Assembly (NCBI RefSeq): GCF_004010195.1
Contig: NC_057746.1
Location: 28,863,861-28,927,860, forward strand
Reading direction: 5' to 3'
Source: Chiloscyllium plagiosum
Lineage: Eukaryota
DNA length: 64,000 nucleotides
Numbering within the stretch: position 1 is the first letter of the stretch; each line of letters starts with the position of its first letter. A program made the position numbers and the translations under genes. This document shows positions 10,129-23,664 of the stretch, piece by piece. The notes under the pieces were generated by a model, which was not told where the DNA came from, searched no databases, and was given only the letters and a program-made list of their open reading frames with translations.

Positions 10129-13100
10129 GATCGAGAAGGAGTGAAACTAATTTACTGTTGCAAAGGGGACAAAATGACAATAAGTGACATGGATATTGCC
10201 ATTATAATTTTTAAATGGTTTACAAGATTTGTCATGCTCAGCGAAGTGAATCCACCTGTGTGGCTGACACAAGAAGTTTGTACACGCTGAGCCCTTCCCC
10301 CACATGAAAATGGGTCACACTCACCCCAGTCAGGCCCATTCCCATCTTGAAGGTATTAACTTGAAAGGTGATGACTAGACCAAAAATCAGTGCCATGAAT
10401 CAAAAGTAGTTCCTAATAATTCCAAATGAAGCAGTTGAAATGAATAGTAACCTGATTAAGGGGAAGCTGGGGAAACACGAGAATTGCTGAGATGGTACAG
10501 ATATAAATGGAGATGATGATTTATTGGTAATGACTAGTAACCAGATTAATGCTCTTGGGGCACAGGTTTATATCCCTGTCTCTGCTTGAGCAATAAATGC
10601 TCCTTTATCTAATATTAATACATCTGCTCATTCTGTAAAGCAAATTTAGTTGTCATTGCAGTTAGTGTTGAATGTTGAACTAAATGTTTAAAGCTCATAG
10701 TGAGCTATGACTAAACTTAGAAAGATGAATTGTTTTAAGCACAGTAAGAGGCCATCTTGCACATTTTGTGTTGAATTTTAGCTCCTCTGGCAATTTCAAT
10801 CCAAAAGACAATTTCTACCTGCTCCAAAGGTCCATGGTTCTGAACATATGAGACCTTTCATTCAATTCACGTCAGCTTTCAATGCCCCAGTCTCTAATAA
10901 ACACACTGTTCTCTCTCTGTCAACATGGCCATTAGCCCTATCTGCTCCTCACCCCTGCCTTATTATCCTAGAGCATTCAGATGAGTTAGACAAGTGGTTT
11001 AACCATTTGCCATCCGATCTGGCTGAACCACATAAAGTGTAACAGTATTGGGTCCCTGCTCTTGTCTGCTAAGACTGCTCACCATTCCCTCTTGGCCAGC
11101 GACTAGCCCTTAGTGTCCTTATCCAACAAACTCTCCCCTGAACATTGACAATCCCCTGCTCTCCCTCACTGCCCAGCTCTCTCGACCCCTGTTCTGATGC
11201 TAAATGATCAGGCAGTTAGTAGGATTGTCAATCCTGAGTGAGCAAGAACATTTCTCCAGTTAAGTTTTAGGATGAGTGAACCCATTGTTTTCACTTCCAC
11301 TCCAAATGCAGTTCCTGAGTTATAAGATCCATGTGTCACCTTAATGACGAAAGTCTCAAATAATTCCAGCCCGCTCGTAATTTGATGTAAAGATGAGCTT
11401 CCAAGCACCCTCAAAATGACTGCCTACTTCCACATCACTCCATTTTCACTAAAGAGCCAGGAATCTTGAAGTCAAATATGACATAATATTGGCTTCCTCT
11501 CAGAATATTGCCATGGATATGGATATACAATAGTCAGTCACTGGCATGACAGCCCCAGATTCCATACCCATCTCAGCTCATCCACTGTTGAAACCTTCAT
11601 CCTCACCCTGGTCACCTCTGGGCTTGACTATTCCAGTGTGTTCCTGGCAGGTTCCCCCACATTCTATTCTCCATAATCCTGAGGTTGTCCACAAAACTGC
11701 AGAGGGTCCTCTATTTTGCAGCGAATCCCGTTCTCCTCTGGCCCCAGTGCTCGCTGACTTGCATTGACTCCCAGGTTTTAAAATTCTCATTATTGTTTTT
11801 AAATCTATCTATGTGTCACCAATCCTTCCCATCAGTGTATTCTGCCCCAGTCGCAGAATTCTGACACCCCCCCCAAAAAAAGTCTTTGTTTCTCTTATTC
11901 TGGCCTCTGGAGAGGTGACATTGTTCTTAATCACTTCATCATTGGGGATCATCTCTCAACCACCTATAACCCTCTGCCAAATTTTCAAAAATCAAGACAC
12001 CTCTTAAAGTCCCATTGACTGAGCTAATGACCATCTGATATCATTGATCCATTGTGCTTGATGTGTTTTGTACAATTCCAATCCTGTGAAGTGCCTTCAA
12101 TGTTTTACTACATAAAAGATGTTATTTGCTTATTCTAATCTTTGAAGGACTAAGCTCCATATTTTTAATAAAACAGAAATGAATTTTCGGAGTTGGGAAG
12201 TCTTCTCTATTCTACTGCATCCACACTGAAACACAGGGGGAAAAGCCAGGACACTGATCCTCCAGGATTAATCCAGACTCTCCTGGAATTGGGATTGTAC
12301 AGACTGCCAAACACAATGAGAAAGAAACCATTAGGGGCATGTAAAGACTTTTCTATCAACACTTTCATTCCCTGAATCCAAGATCTCATTTCTCAACTAC
12401 CCTGCCATTTTTGCCAATTTGCATAAGCAATTGGAACATCCAATCAGAAATGGAAGATTCTGTTCAATTTCTGGTTGGCTGGGGACTGGTGCTTACCTTG
12501 ACAATGGTTATTGAGGGTAACCAATGTTGAGAGAGGCTGAGAGAGAGCAGAGGCAGTTAGGGGTCCGAGATTAAGTGGTAAAACCCTCAGGAATACTTCC
12601 AAACGGTATAATCAATGCCATGCCTGATCAGAAAGTTGGTTAGCTGAGTTGGCTGGATTGAGATGTGGTGTGATGCTGAAATCCTTTTTTGTGGTGCACT
12701 CAATACTATTAGGGAGGCAATTCCACTACATCGCCCACAATAACAAGGAAGGAACAGTGATCTAGTACCATATCAGAATGGTGAGTGGTTTGGATGGGTA
12801 TGTGCAGTTGGTGGTATTCCATTGCCTACTGACAATGATAAAATGGCAGAGTAGTTGAGAAATGGGAAACACCGGGATCTTGGAAGCAAAATGAGAGAAC
12901 AAAGAGATTTGAATGGTAGGGCAGGACTGTCTTGGTGAAATGAGGGATGCTATAGGACCTTGAGGGACTGGATGAGGTAGAAATCTAAAGGTTGATTCCT
13001 CTTGCAGGTTGTGGAAGGTAGTCTAAAACTATATGACATACTTTAAGAATGAGAAATTTATCTTTAAAGATAGAGAAGAATTGTTTTTTTTTTTATCACC

Positions 13101-14749
13101 GAAGTGAGGAATTGTCTTCCCAAGAAAGAACAGGGGACTGGGTCTTAAAATTATTCAGAGTTGAGTTTGATATATTTTTCTTAGGCAAAGGAGTGGAAGG
13201 TTAAGGCGTATAGCCAGGAAAGTGGAGGTGAGATCTCAGCGAATATCAGACAGCTTGATAGACCAAGTGACCTACTCCTGCTGTTAAGTCCTTTGAACCT
13301 TCTGTCTCATTGTTCACAAAGAAGTGGAAAACAACGGAAGCCCCATTTTTAGAGGGAATGTACATACAATTTAATCTCTCCAGGCTCGAATTGTTCCCGA
13401 ACTGAGAGGGAGAAACAAAGAGAGATGGACAGTTGCAGATACAGAATACAGTCTTAATCTTCCATCTCCACCCGCACCCAATTCAGACCGTTTCCTCTCA
13501 GGATATGAATAGGAAATGACAGGGTGGGTACAGATCAACTATTTGCATTGGTTGGGGATTCTAAATCTAATGGGCATAGTGTGAGAATTAGGGCTGGATC
13601 AATCAGAAGAGATATTAGGAAGCACTTCTACACATAAAGGTCTACACACAGAGGTTTGGAACTCTCTTCACAAGTATCAGTGGATGCCGGATAAGTTGTT
13701 AATTTTAAATCTGAGATAGGTGATTTCTAGGTATATGGAGTGAAGCCACAGATCTCAATGAATAGTGAAACAGGCTTAAGGGGTTGAATGGCCTATCCTG
13801 GTTCCTATGTTCCTATATTTACCTCTTCACTTTAATATAGTGTTATTTTGGTGATCCTGATCTAATCATGCAGAGCATGTGAGCTTAACTAATGATTGTA
13901 TTTTGAGAATCTCAGTTTCATTGTCAAGATATGGGGTTATTTAAAGTGACGATACTGGTTGTAAAATCCAAACCAGTCCATCAAGAATTGAATGCTGCTG
14001 TCCTGAATTTTGATCCTCAGGCTCATATCTCACCTGAACAAACAATATCTTTCATACATTGACAGGAACCACAAGTGATCATGCAAGCAATTTCACTGAC
14101 TTGTGCATGCTCAGATTGGACTGGATTGCCTTAAGATACATTTGCTTTAATATCCATGTTTTATTTAACAGAGACAAACCTGAATCATGGAAAGAGTCAA
14201 TTTTCACTGACCACTGTTGAGGCTCTTTTAAATGATTGTGCAACAGCTCAAGCATGAACCTGTTTGTTCAGAACAATCTCTGCTTCTGCCAATATCAATG
14301 GACCATGGAAAACAATCAGCTGTATTCAGCACTGCAGGATTACTCTGAAAAGAGAAATGTGTTTCTGAAGCTCTTCAATTTGCATTCCTTCAGGACAAAT
14401 GCAAGAATGCTAAATTTGAGTCATCACAACATCCAGTGAACAGATGACAGTCCAGCACAGGGACAGGCTCTTTGGCCATACAATGACTGTACTGGCTGTA
14501 ATGCTGTTCTAAACTAAGCTCATCTACCTGGTCAAGGTCCATATCCCACTATTCTTTGCCTGTTCATGTGTCTGTCTGAATGCCCCTAAGTGTTGCCATT
14601 GTATCTGCTCATACCACCTCCCCTGGCAACGTGTTCCCTACATCTACTACTGCCTGTGGAAAAACCTTTCCTCACATCTTGTCCCCTCCCATGTTAAATC
14701 TGCACCCCCTAGTATCTGACATTTCCATCACAGAAAAAGACTCTGACAA

Positions 14750-17700
14750 AAGGTTGAGAGTCTGAAGGGAGATTACAGAGAGTTGGCAGAAATTTAAAAA
14801 GGAGGTCCTCAAGGGTAGTAATATCTGGATTACTCCCAGTGCTACGAGCCAGTGAGGGCAGGAATAGGAGGATAGAGCAGATGAATGCATGGCTGAGGAG
14901 CTTCTATGTATATGATAGAAGGAATCACATTTTTGGATCATTGGAATCTCTTTTGGGGTAGAAGTGACCTGCACAAGAAGGACGGATTGCACCTAAATTG
15001 GAAGGGGACTAACATACTGGCAGGGAAATGTGCTAAAACTGCTTGGGAGAATTTAAACTAGTAAGGTGGGGGTGGTGGGACCCAGGGAGATAGTGAGGAA
15101 AGAGCTCGATCTGAGACGGGTACAGCTGAGAACAGAAGTGAGTCAAACATTCAGCACAGGCAGGGACAAGGTAGGACTAATAAATTAAACTGCATTTATA
15201 TCAATGCAAAGGGCCTAACAGGGAAGGCAGATGAATTCAGGGTATGGTTAGGGACTGGGATATCATTGCAATTACAGAAACATGACTCAGGGATGGGCAG
15301 GACTGGCAGCTTAATGTTCCAGGATACAAATGCTACAGAAAGGAAAGAAAGGGAGGCAAGAGAGGATGGGGAGTGGAATTTTTGATAAGGGATAGCATTA
15401 CAGCTGTGCTGAGGGAGGATATTCCCGGAAATACATCCAGGGAAGTTATTTGGGTGGAACTGAGAAATAAGAAAGGGATAATCACCTTATTGGGATTGTA
15501 TTATAGACCCCCCCCCAATAGTCAGAGGGAAATTGAGAAACAATCTTGTAAGGAGATCTTAGCTATCTGTAAGAATAATAGGGTAGTTATGGTAAGGGAT
15601 TTTAACTTTCCAAACAATGACTGGGACTGCCATAGTGTTAAAGGTTTAGATGGAGAGGAATTTCTTAAGTGTGTAGAAGACAATTTTCTGATTCAGTTTG
15701 TGGATGCACTACTGGAGAAGGTGCAAAACTTGACCTATTCTTGGGAAATAAGGCAGGGCAGGTGACTGAGGTGCCAGTGGGGGGGCATTTTGGGGCCAGC
15801 GACCATAATTCTATTAGTTTTAAAAATCCAGAGAAAGTATATTCCTGTAAGGGTGAAAGGGAAGGCTGGTAGGTATAGGGAATGCTGGATGACTAAAGAA
15901 AGTGAGGGTTTGGTTAAGAAAAAGAAGGAAGCATATGTCAGGTATAGACAGGATAGATCGAGTGAATCCTTAGAAGAGTATAAAGGAAGTAGGAGTATAC
16001 TTAGGAGGGAAATCAGGAGGGCAAAACGGGGACATGAGATAGCTTTGGCAAATAGAATTAAGAAGAATCCAAAGGGTTTTTACAAACATATTAAGGACAA
16101 AAGAGTAATTAGGGAGAGAATAGAGCCCCTCAAAGATCCGCAAGGTGGACTTTGTGTGGAGCCACAGAAAACGGGGGAAAAACTAAATAAATATTTTGCA
16201 TCAGAATTTACCATGGAAAAGGATATGGAAGATATAGACAGTAGGGAAATAGATGGTGACACCTTGCAAAATGTCCAGATTACAGAGGAGGAAGTGTAGG
16301 ATGTCTTGAAACGATTAAAAGTGGATAAATCCCCAGGACCTAATAAGGTGTACCCGAGACCTCTGTGGGAAGCAATTGGATTGCTGGGCCTCTTGCTGAG
16401 ATATTTTTATCATCGATAGTTACAGGTGAGGTGCCGGAAGACTGGAGGTTGGCTAAGGTGGTGGCACTGCGTAAGAAGGGTGGTAAAGAAATGCCAGGGA
16501 ACTGTAGATTGGTGAGCCTGACCTCGGTGGTGGGCAAGTTGTTGGAGGGAATCCTGAGGGACAGGATGCACATGTATTTGGAAAGGCAAGGACTGATTCG
16601 GGATAGAAATCATGTCTTTGTGCATGGGAAATCATGTCTCACAAACTTGATTGAGTTTTTTGAAGAAGCAACAAAGAAGATTGATGAGGGCAGAGCAGTA
16701 GATGTGTTCTATATGGACTTCAGTAAGGCATTCAACAAGGTTCCCCATGGGAGACTGATTAGCAAGGTTAGATCTCATGGAATACAGGGAAAGTTAACCA
16801 TTTGGATATAGAACTGGCTCAAAGGTAGAATATAGAGGGTGGTGGTGGTGGAGGGTTGCTTTTCAGAATGGAGATCTGTGACCAGTGGAATGCCACAAGG
16901 ATCAGTGCTGGGCCCTCTACTTTTTGTCATTTACATAAATGATTTGGATGTGAGCAAAGAGGTACAGTTAGTAAGTTTACAGATGACACCAAAATTGGAG
17001 GTGTAGTGGACAGCGAAGAGGGTTACCTCAGATTGCAACAGGATCTGGACTAGATGGCCCAATGGGTTGAGAAGTGGCAGGTGGAGTTTAATTCAGATAA
17101 ATGCGAGGTGTTGTATTTTGGGAAAGCAAATCTTAGCAGGATTTATACACTTAATGGTAAGGTCCTAGGGAGTGTTGCTGAACAAAGAGACCTTGGAGTG
17201 CAGGTTCATAGCTCCTTGAAAGTGGAGTTGGAGGTAGATAGGATAGTGAAGAAGGTGTTTGGTATGTTTTCCTTTATTGGTCAGAATATTGAGTACAGGA
17301 GTTGGGAGGTCATTTTGCAGCTGTACAGGACATTGGTTAGTCCACTGTTGGAATATTGCGTGCAATTCTGGTCTCCTTCTTATCAGAAAGATGTTGTGAA
17401 ACTTGAAAAGGTTCAGAAAATATTTACAAGGATGTTGCCAGGGTTGGAGGATCTGAGCTACAGGGAGAGGCTGAACAGGGCTGGGCTGTTTTCCCTGTAG
17501 CGTCGGAGACGGAGGGGTGACCTTATAGAGGGGCATGGATAGGATAAATAGACTAAAGTCTTTTCCCTGGGGTCAGGGAGTCCAGAACTAGAAGGCATAG
17601 GTTTAGGGTGAGAGGGGAAAGATATAAAAGAGATCTAAGGGGCAACTTTTTCACGCAGTGAGTGGTAGAGGTATGGAATGAGCTGCTAGAGGATGTGGTG

Positions 17701-17880
17701 GAGGCTGGTACAATTGCAACATTTAAGAGGCATTTGGATGGGTATATGAATAGTGAGGGTTTGGAGGGATATGGGCCGGGTGTTGGCAGGTGGGACTAGA
17801 TTGGGTTGGGATATCTGGTCGGCATGGACGGGTTGGACCGAAGGGTCTGTTTCCATGCTGCACATCTCTATGACTCTATG
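14750..17880 (+). mobile_element. CR1 LINE, near full ORF2 (APE endonuclease + reverse transcriptase), disrupted
   Basis: ORF fragments EVIWVELRNKKG..LLGLYYRPP..DFNFP (endonuclease), GKSCLTNLIEFF..YMDFSKAFNKVPH (RT) and LEYCVQFWSP; ends in a CTCTATGA repeat tail; internal deletion near 15823. Confidence 0.95.
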
Positions 17881-19769
17881 AGCCTATGCACTGTATCCAT
17901 GCCTAACAAAATTTTTGACACTTCTCTCAAATTGCCACGCGACCTCTTATGTTCTTGTGGAAACAATGTATGTTTGTCCAAGCTCTCCTTCAAGCTAATA
18001 GACTCTAATTCAGGCAAAATCATGGTAAAGCTCTTCTGCACCCTCTCCAAATCCTTCCACGTTGTTCTTAGGGTGTATGACTAGAACTGTATACTACCTT
18101 AAGTCTAAAGTTTTAACTGTTGCGACATGATTGCCAACTTTTATACTGAATGTCAAAACTGATGAAGACAGGCAATCTGTATCCTTCTTTAGCACCTTAT
18201 CCACTTGTGTTGTCACTATCAGGGAGCTGTGAACTTATGCTCTGAGATCCTGTATTTCAATGCCTCTCAGTGTCTGGCCATTCACTGTATACTTTCTTCC
18301 TGCAATTGACTCCCAAAATCACATCACCTCACGTTTTTCCGGAGAAAAGGGTGCTGTTTGGTTAGGAAGTGGAACTCAGGTTTTTCCAGCAAGGAATTCA
18401 TCAGGATGAAAATCAGACAGAGCTAAAATTAACGTCGCACCCAGATCCGTATGTGCCTTTAAAAATCAGCTCACATTTAAATAGCGCCTCTGAACTCCAA
18501 CAGAAGGGGACAAACAATAGCAAATGGGGGGTTCAATTCAGAGAGGTGTGGGGTGTTTAGGGAGGGTGAGAAAGGCAGGGGAACACATCACAAAGAGTAG
18601 GATGCTGAAAACTAAAGAAGTGCAGAAGAACAGAAATATAAATCGCTGGAGAAACACTGCAGACCTGGCAGCAGCCGCAGAGAGAAAGCAGAGTTAGTGT
18701 TTCAGATCTTCCTTCTGAACAAAGGAAGCTTGACTTGCATGTCCACATACCTCTGCTGGTAACAGGGCTGGTCCAAAAATTAGATACAAGACAATAAATA
18801 AAGAAAAAAGGACATGAAAGCATGGGAACAGGACCTTCAGCCCACCAAGAATGCACTGACACATGATGCTTTTCCAAGTTAAAACGCAAATATCTCTGTG
18901 TGGTCGGTATCCCTCTTCCTTCTTGCCTGTCTGTTTCTCTCAGTAAAGGGACACTTTATTTGCCATAGCCCAGAGTGTAAAAACTGAGAAATTATTACAG
19001 TACAAACCTCTCCTAAGTCTGCAGAGGGTACTGTGCACAACTTCTGAACTCGTTACAGGAAGGATGGGGTCACACCAGTCAGGGGTATAGAGGAGATTTA
19101 ACAGTATTGTCGGACTGAAGGCATTTAGCAATGGGGTGGGCTTTTTTGATTGAACGGCATGAGGCTAAGGAGATGATTAAGTGAGATAACGGAAGTGGCC
19201 TTGGTAAACATTTTAGACAGACTCTGTAACACACAGGGTAATAACCAACGGCCAGGAATGTCAATTAATGGAAGGATATTAGCGAAGTGTTTAGACCCAG
19301 AGGCCGCGAAACCGGATCAGAACCAGGATCCGGATCTCGGACAGGGGAATGGAGGCAGAAACCCTCCTCATAACGAATTTTTTAATCGATGTTCCTGAGG
19401 CTGCAGATAAAGTTGTGGAAGGTGGGTTCAGACTGGGTGGGTGTTCACCAACTTGAGGGGCCAATCGATCTCTCTCGGTGTCCTGAACTTCCTGTGAGGG
19501 TACACGAGTGTGCAAGACATACAGACAATGTATTTATAAACAAGGTAACATTGGGGGGAATTAGGGGAAGAGAGCGCGTGTGACCTTCCTCTCCTTGAAA
19601 CAGGGAACGATGGAAATTAACCCGAGCGGGATTCCCGAAGAGGCAGGAAGTTGAGCAAACATTTCAATGTTACAATGTTACAGAGGCTGCAGATAAACTG
19701 GTGAAAGCTCAGCTCAAGTTTCTCCGGAGGTTTTGAAGTTAACACCCTCAAAATTTCCGCTCAAAGTCT

Positions 19770-19868
19770 TGCAAATGGGAAACGGAGGGTTATCAAATAT
19801 AAACGGAAAAGCTCTGGTCGCTGCTCCATTTTGTCATCCTTTCTGAATCGTTTGGAGGATTTTAATCG
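19770..19868 (+). promoter_or_regulatory. Probable promoter and non-coding first exon of locus B
   Basis: Strong donor G|GTGAGT at 19868/19869, conserved in the paralogue at 48170/48171; TATAAA at 19798-19803; locally CpG-richer; no in-frame ATG. Confidence 0.4.
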
Positions 19869-21056
19869 GTGAGTTTGGGGGTGATTTCAGCTCCTGTCAA
19901 TTTCTGTGTGATTGACTCCGATCTCCCTCTTGGTGGGGAGCTCCTGGGTGACACACTCAGTCCCGGGAGAGGCAGGGGACTCAGACCCGGAACCGAACCA
20001 AGGTCTGGCTCGTTCTGCCTCTACCACCCTTCCCAGGCAGTGAGTTCCAGATTCTCATTATCCTCCAAGTGAAAAACATTTTCCTCATAATCCATCTAAA
20101 CATGTGTGCGTACATGTGTGCGTACATTTCAGCATATGTATTTCAGTATGTTAGTGCTTATGTTCACACATGTATGTATATTTCAGTATATGTGCATGTG
20201 TGCGTCAGCATATGTAGTGTATACGTCAGCACATGTAGATATATATAGTCAAATGTGGCTGTCCTCAGTGACTGTCCAGTATGCCCATTGATTGCACTGA
20301 TGCTGACTCTCCTAACATTGTCATTGATGTAAACTCTCTGGTAATATTTTAGACAGCTATGACATATCATTCCCTGGATCTGCTGATGCTGGATTTCTAA
20401 TTTTCAGAATGTTCCCTCTGCTCCAGATTCTCATTTGGATCTTGCATGGTAGGTAAGTGAATTTCAAAAATAATAAAAATCAGGACTCGCATCAGAGATT
20501 TGAATATGTAATCTAGGGTGATTCTGAAGGGACTGAGGGAGCGATGCAATGTCAGAGGATCAGTTTGAGCATTTATTAGACGATTGGAAGGTCAGTGTTA
20601 AGGAATGCTATACTGTCATAGGGTTGGTACTGAGGGAATATTTCACCATCTTTGGATCAGTACTGAGGGAATATTTCACCCCGTCTTTGGGTCAGTACTG
20701 AGAAGGTGCAGCAAGTTGAAGTTGCCAATACTTGGAGACATGTGAGCCATCAGTAACTGGCTTCATCTGTCCTCTGATGAAGACATTAAAAAAAGGTAAT
20801 CCACCCATTTATCGCATTGTGCTATTTGGTATCTTGCAATGCATAAATTGTCTGTTGTGTTCCAACTAGTTAACAACATCTGCATTTCCTAGATTTTTAT
20901 TACTGAGAAGTATCCTAAAATATTCTGATAATGTGACATCTGATATAAGATTGCAAAATAATTTAGCTTTTCTCTGTTTTTCTTCCCTGTGTTTCTCTAT
21001 CCTTTTTTTCCTGACCTCCCCCACCCCACCCCCTCAGTCTCTGCTGCTCTTAATGG

Positions 21057-21665
21057 TCACAGCATTGAGTACAGGGTTGGGAAGTCATGTTGCAGCTGTA
21101 CAGGCCATTGGTTAGGCCACTTTTGGAATATTGTGTGTAATTCTGGTCTCATTCCTATCAGAAGGATGTTGTGAAACTTGAAAGACTTTCGAAAAAATTT
21201 ACAAGGATGTTGCAAGGGTTGGAGTGTTTGAGCTATAAGGAGCGGCTGAATAGGCTAGTGCTGTTTTCCCTGAAGCATTAGAGCCTGAGGGGTGACCTTA
21301 TAGAGGTTTATAAAATCATGAGGAGCATGGATACGGTAATTAGACAAGGTCATTTGACTGGGTTACGGGAGTCCAGAACTAGAGGGCATAGGTTTAGCGT
21401 GAGAGGGGAAAGATTTAAAAGGGACCTAAGGGGCACCCAGAGGGTGGTGCATGTATGGAATGAGCTGCCAGAGGAAGTGATGGAGGTTGGTACAATTACA
21501 ACAATTACAAGGTATCTGGATGGGTATGTGAAGAGGAAAGGTTGAGAGGGATATGTGCTGATTGCTGGCAAATGGGACTAGATTAATTTAGGATTTCTGG
21601 TTGGCATGGATGAGTTTGACTGAAGGGTCTGTTTCTATGCTGTACATCTCTATAACTCTATGACT
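21057..21665 (+). mobile_element. CR1 3' fragment in signal-IgV intron (shared with paralogue at 51375-51980)
   Basis: ESRTRGHRFSVRGERFKRDLRG..VWNELPEEV and CTCTATGA-type tail. Confidence 0.85.
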
Positions 21666-21930
21666 CTTCATCTGTCCCTCTGTTCCCTATGTCTGTTTCT
21701 ATCCCTCCCTGCCTCACTATCTCTTCATGTCTGGCTTTATCTCTCTTTATCCCTCCCTCTGTGTTTTCATCACTTTCTGCCCCTGTCTCTCCCCCTATCA
21801 TTCTCTGATCCTCTCTCCCTCTCTCTCTCTCTATCTCCCTCTTTCTCTGTTACAATGATACTATACAGCTATGATAGCCTGAGTGATGACCAATTGGTCT
21901 GATTCTCTCTCTCTCCAATGGGTACTACAG

Positions 21931-22283
21931 AAACAGCGGTGGATTCAGAGGTGACGGGACCATCAGCCCCCGTCATGGGGGGTTGTCGGAGGCAGTGTGG
22001 TCCTGGACTGTGAGTTGGTCATGACCAAAGCCCAGAGAATATGGAAGTCTGCTGGCCTATGGCTATAGCTCACCTATCCATATGTATAAGGAGGGAGCAG
22101 ACGATTTGATTTTCCAGCCCTCGGCCGACAGAGACCGGACTGAACTGTTTCTTAATGAAGTGGCACAGGGGAATCTCTCCCTCAGGCTGAAGGATGTCCG
22201 AGTTTCTGACAGGGGACAGTACAAGTGCTTTGTTGCTTCTGGCATCAAACACAATGAGTTCAAACTCACGCTGGATGTGACAG
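21931..22283 (+). pseudogene. IgV exon of locus B (frameshifted)
   Basis: 353 nt versus 363 nt reconstructed for the paralogue; BTN/MOG/B7-type V-set motifs D-x-G-x-Y-x-C. Confidence 0.9.
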
Positions 22284-23664
22284 GTCAGTGACTATTTTGG
22301 AAACACTCTTTTTGACCTTCTCAGGGGCAGGTTTATTGAGGTGAAGGATAAATGTTGACCCAGTCCCTGGCAGAACACAAATAGATCGAGGCCCCATCAG
22401 GGTTGACCCTGAGAGGCTGTTTCTGCTGACGGAGAAATCTAGAACACAGGGACACGGCTTTAGGATAAGGGGATGGTAACTTAGCACTGAGTCAGGGGGA
22501 AAGCTCTTCACTCAGAACGTTGGGAACCTTTGCCTCACTGTCTCATTCCACTGAAGTGAGAGAAGACCATTCGGTCCCTCCAGGCTGCTCCACTATTCAA
22601 TACATTCATTTTATATCACAATTATGGCTGATCTTGAACTTCATTTCCACATATAACTTCCCAGACTTCTGAGTATCATGAATAAAAATATTTCTGAGTT
22701 CAGTGTTCGCAGACTGAGTATCTCCAAATCCTGGGGTAGAAGGTGTTTTAGCTCATCTAGCCTGTGGAAGCAACCTCTCCATGCCTTCCCTATTTTAAAC
22801 CTGTGATAGATTAAATATTTGTTGAGCAGAGTTATTAAGGGATATGAGCCAAAAGTAGTGGGTGAGGCCACAGATTAGCCATGTAACAGTCTCAAGGGAC
22901 TGAATGGCCTGCTCCTGTTCATATGAAATTCCTCCAGAATGCTTTTTGTTCAGATGAGTTTACCTCTCACACTTCCAACCTCCAGTCTGTTCAGTGCTCA
23001 CAGAGCAATCCTCTTGACTGATGAATCAACCCATGCACTCCAGCTGGAGCAAGTATTTCTATCCCCAGAGAGCTGGGGATGATCAGTCACTGAATACATC
23101 TAAGAAAAAGGTTAATATATCTTTGGAAGCTGAGAGAATGAAAAGAACATGCGGATGGAGTGGGAATAGGGTGTTGAGATGGACAATCATCAATGATCGT
23201 ATTAAGCAATGGGACAGCATGAGGGATTGAATAGACCACTCCAGCTCCTCTCTATATTAACTTCTTTGCTTCCCACAATTCATCTGGTGGAATAGAGTCA
23301 TCGAGGCTGGCAGTAGATAATAGACCTTTGGCCCATCTGCACCATTGGCCCAAGTCCTCCTTTGCTTTGTTATCACAAATATACATCAAAATACTTCCAC
23401 AATGTTATGAGGGTTTCTGCCTCTACTACCCCTGTAGGCAGTGAGTTCCAAATTCTCACCTCCCTCTGAATGAAAACATTTTTCCTGACAAGCCCCCAAA
23501 ATCTCCTGCCGCTTGCCTTAAATCCAGGACTCCTGGTCGCTATTCCCTCCAGCAAGGGAATGTAATCTACCTAAGCAACTCAAAATTATAGACATCTCAT
23601 TCATCTCCCCACTCTCCTCTGCTCTGAAGAAACCAACCCTAGTCTATCCAATAATAAAACAAGA

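Noticed and set aside
15373-17500. CR1 ORF2 pieces as an active retrotransposon (also 37052-39600 and 54280-57046)
   Set aside because: All three copies have frameshifts, stops and internal deletions and lack a full ORF1 and 5' UTR.
21931-22283. IgV exons as rearranging Ig/TCR/NAR V segments
   Set aside because: They end in a splice donor with a complete G strand, no heptamer-nonamer RSS follows, and the motifs are BTN/B7-type.
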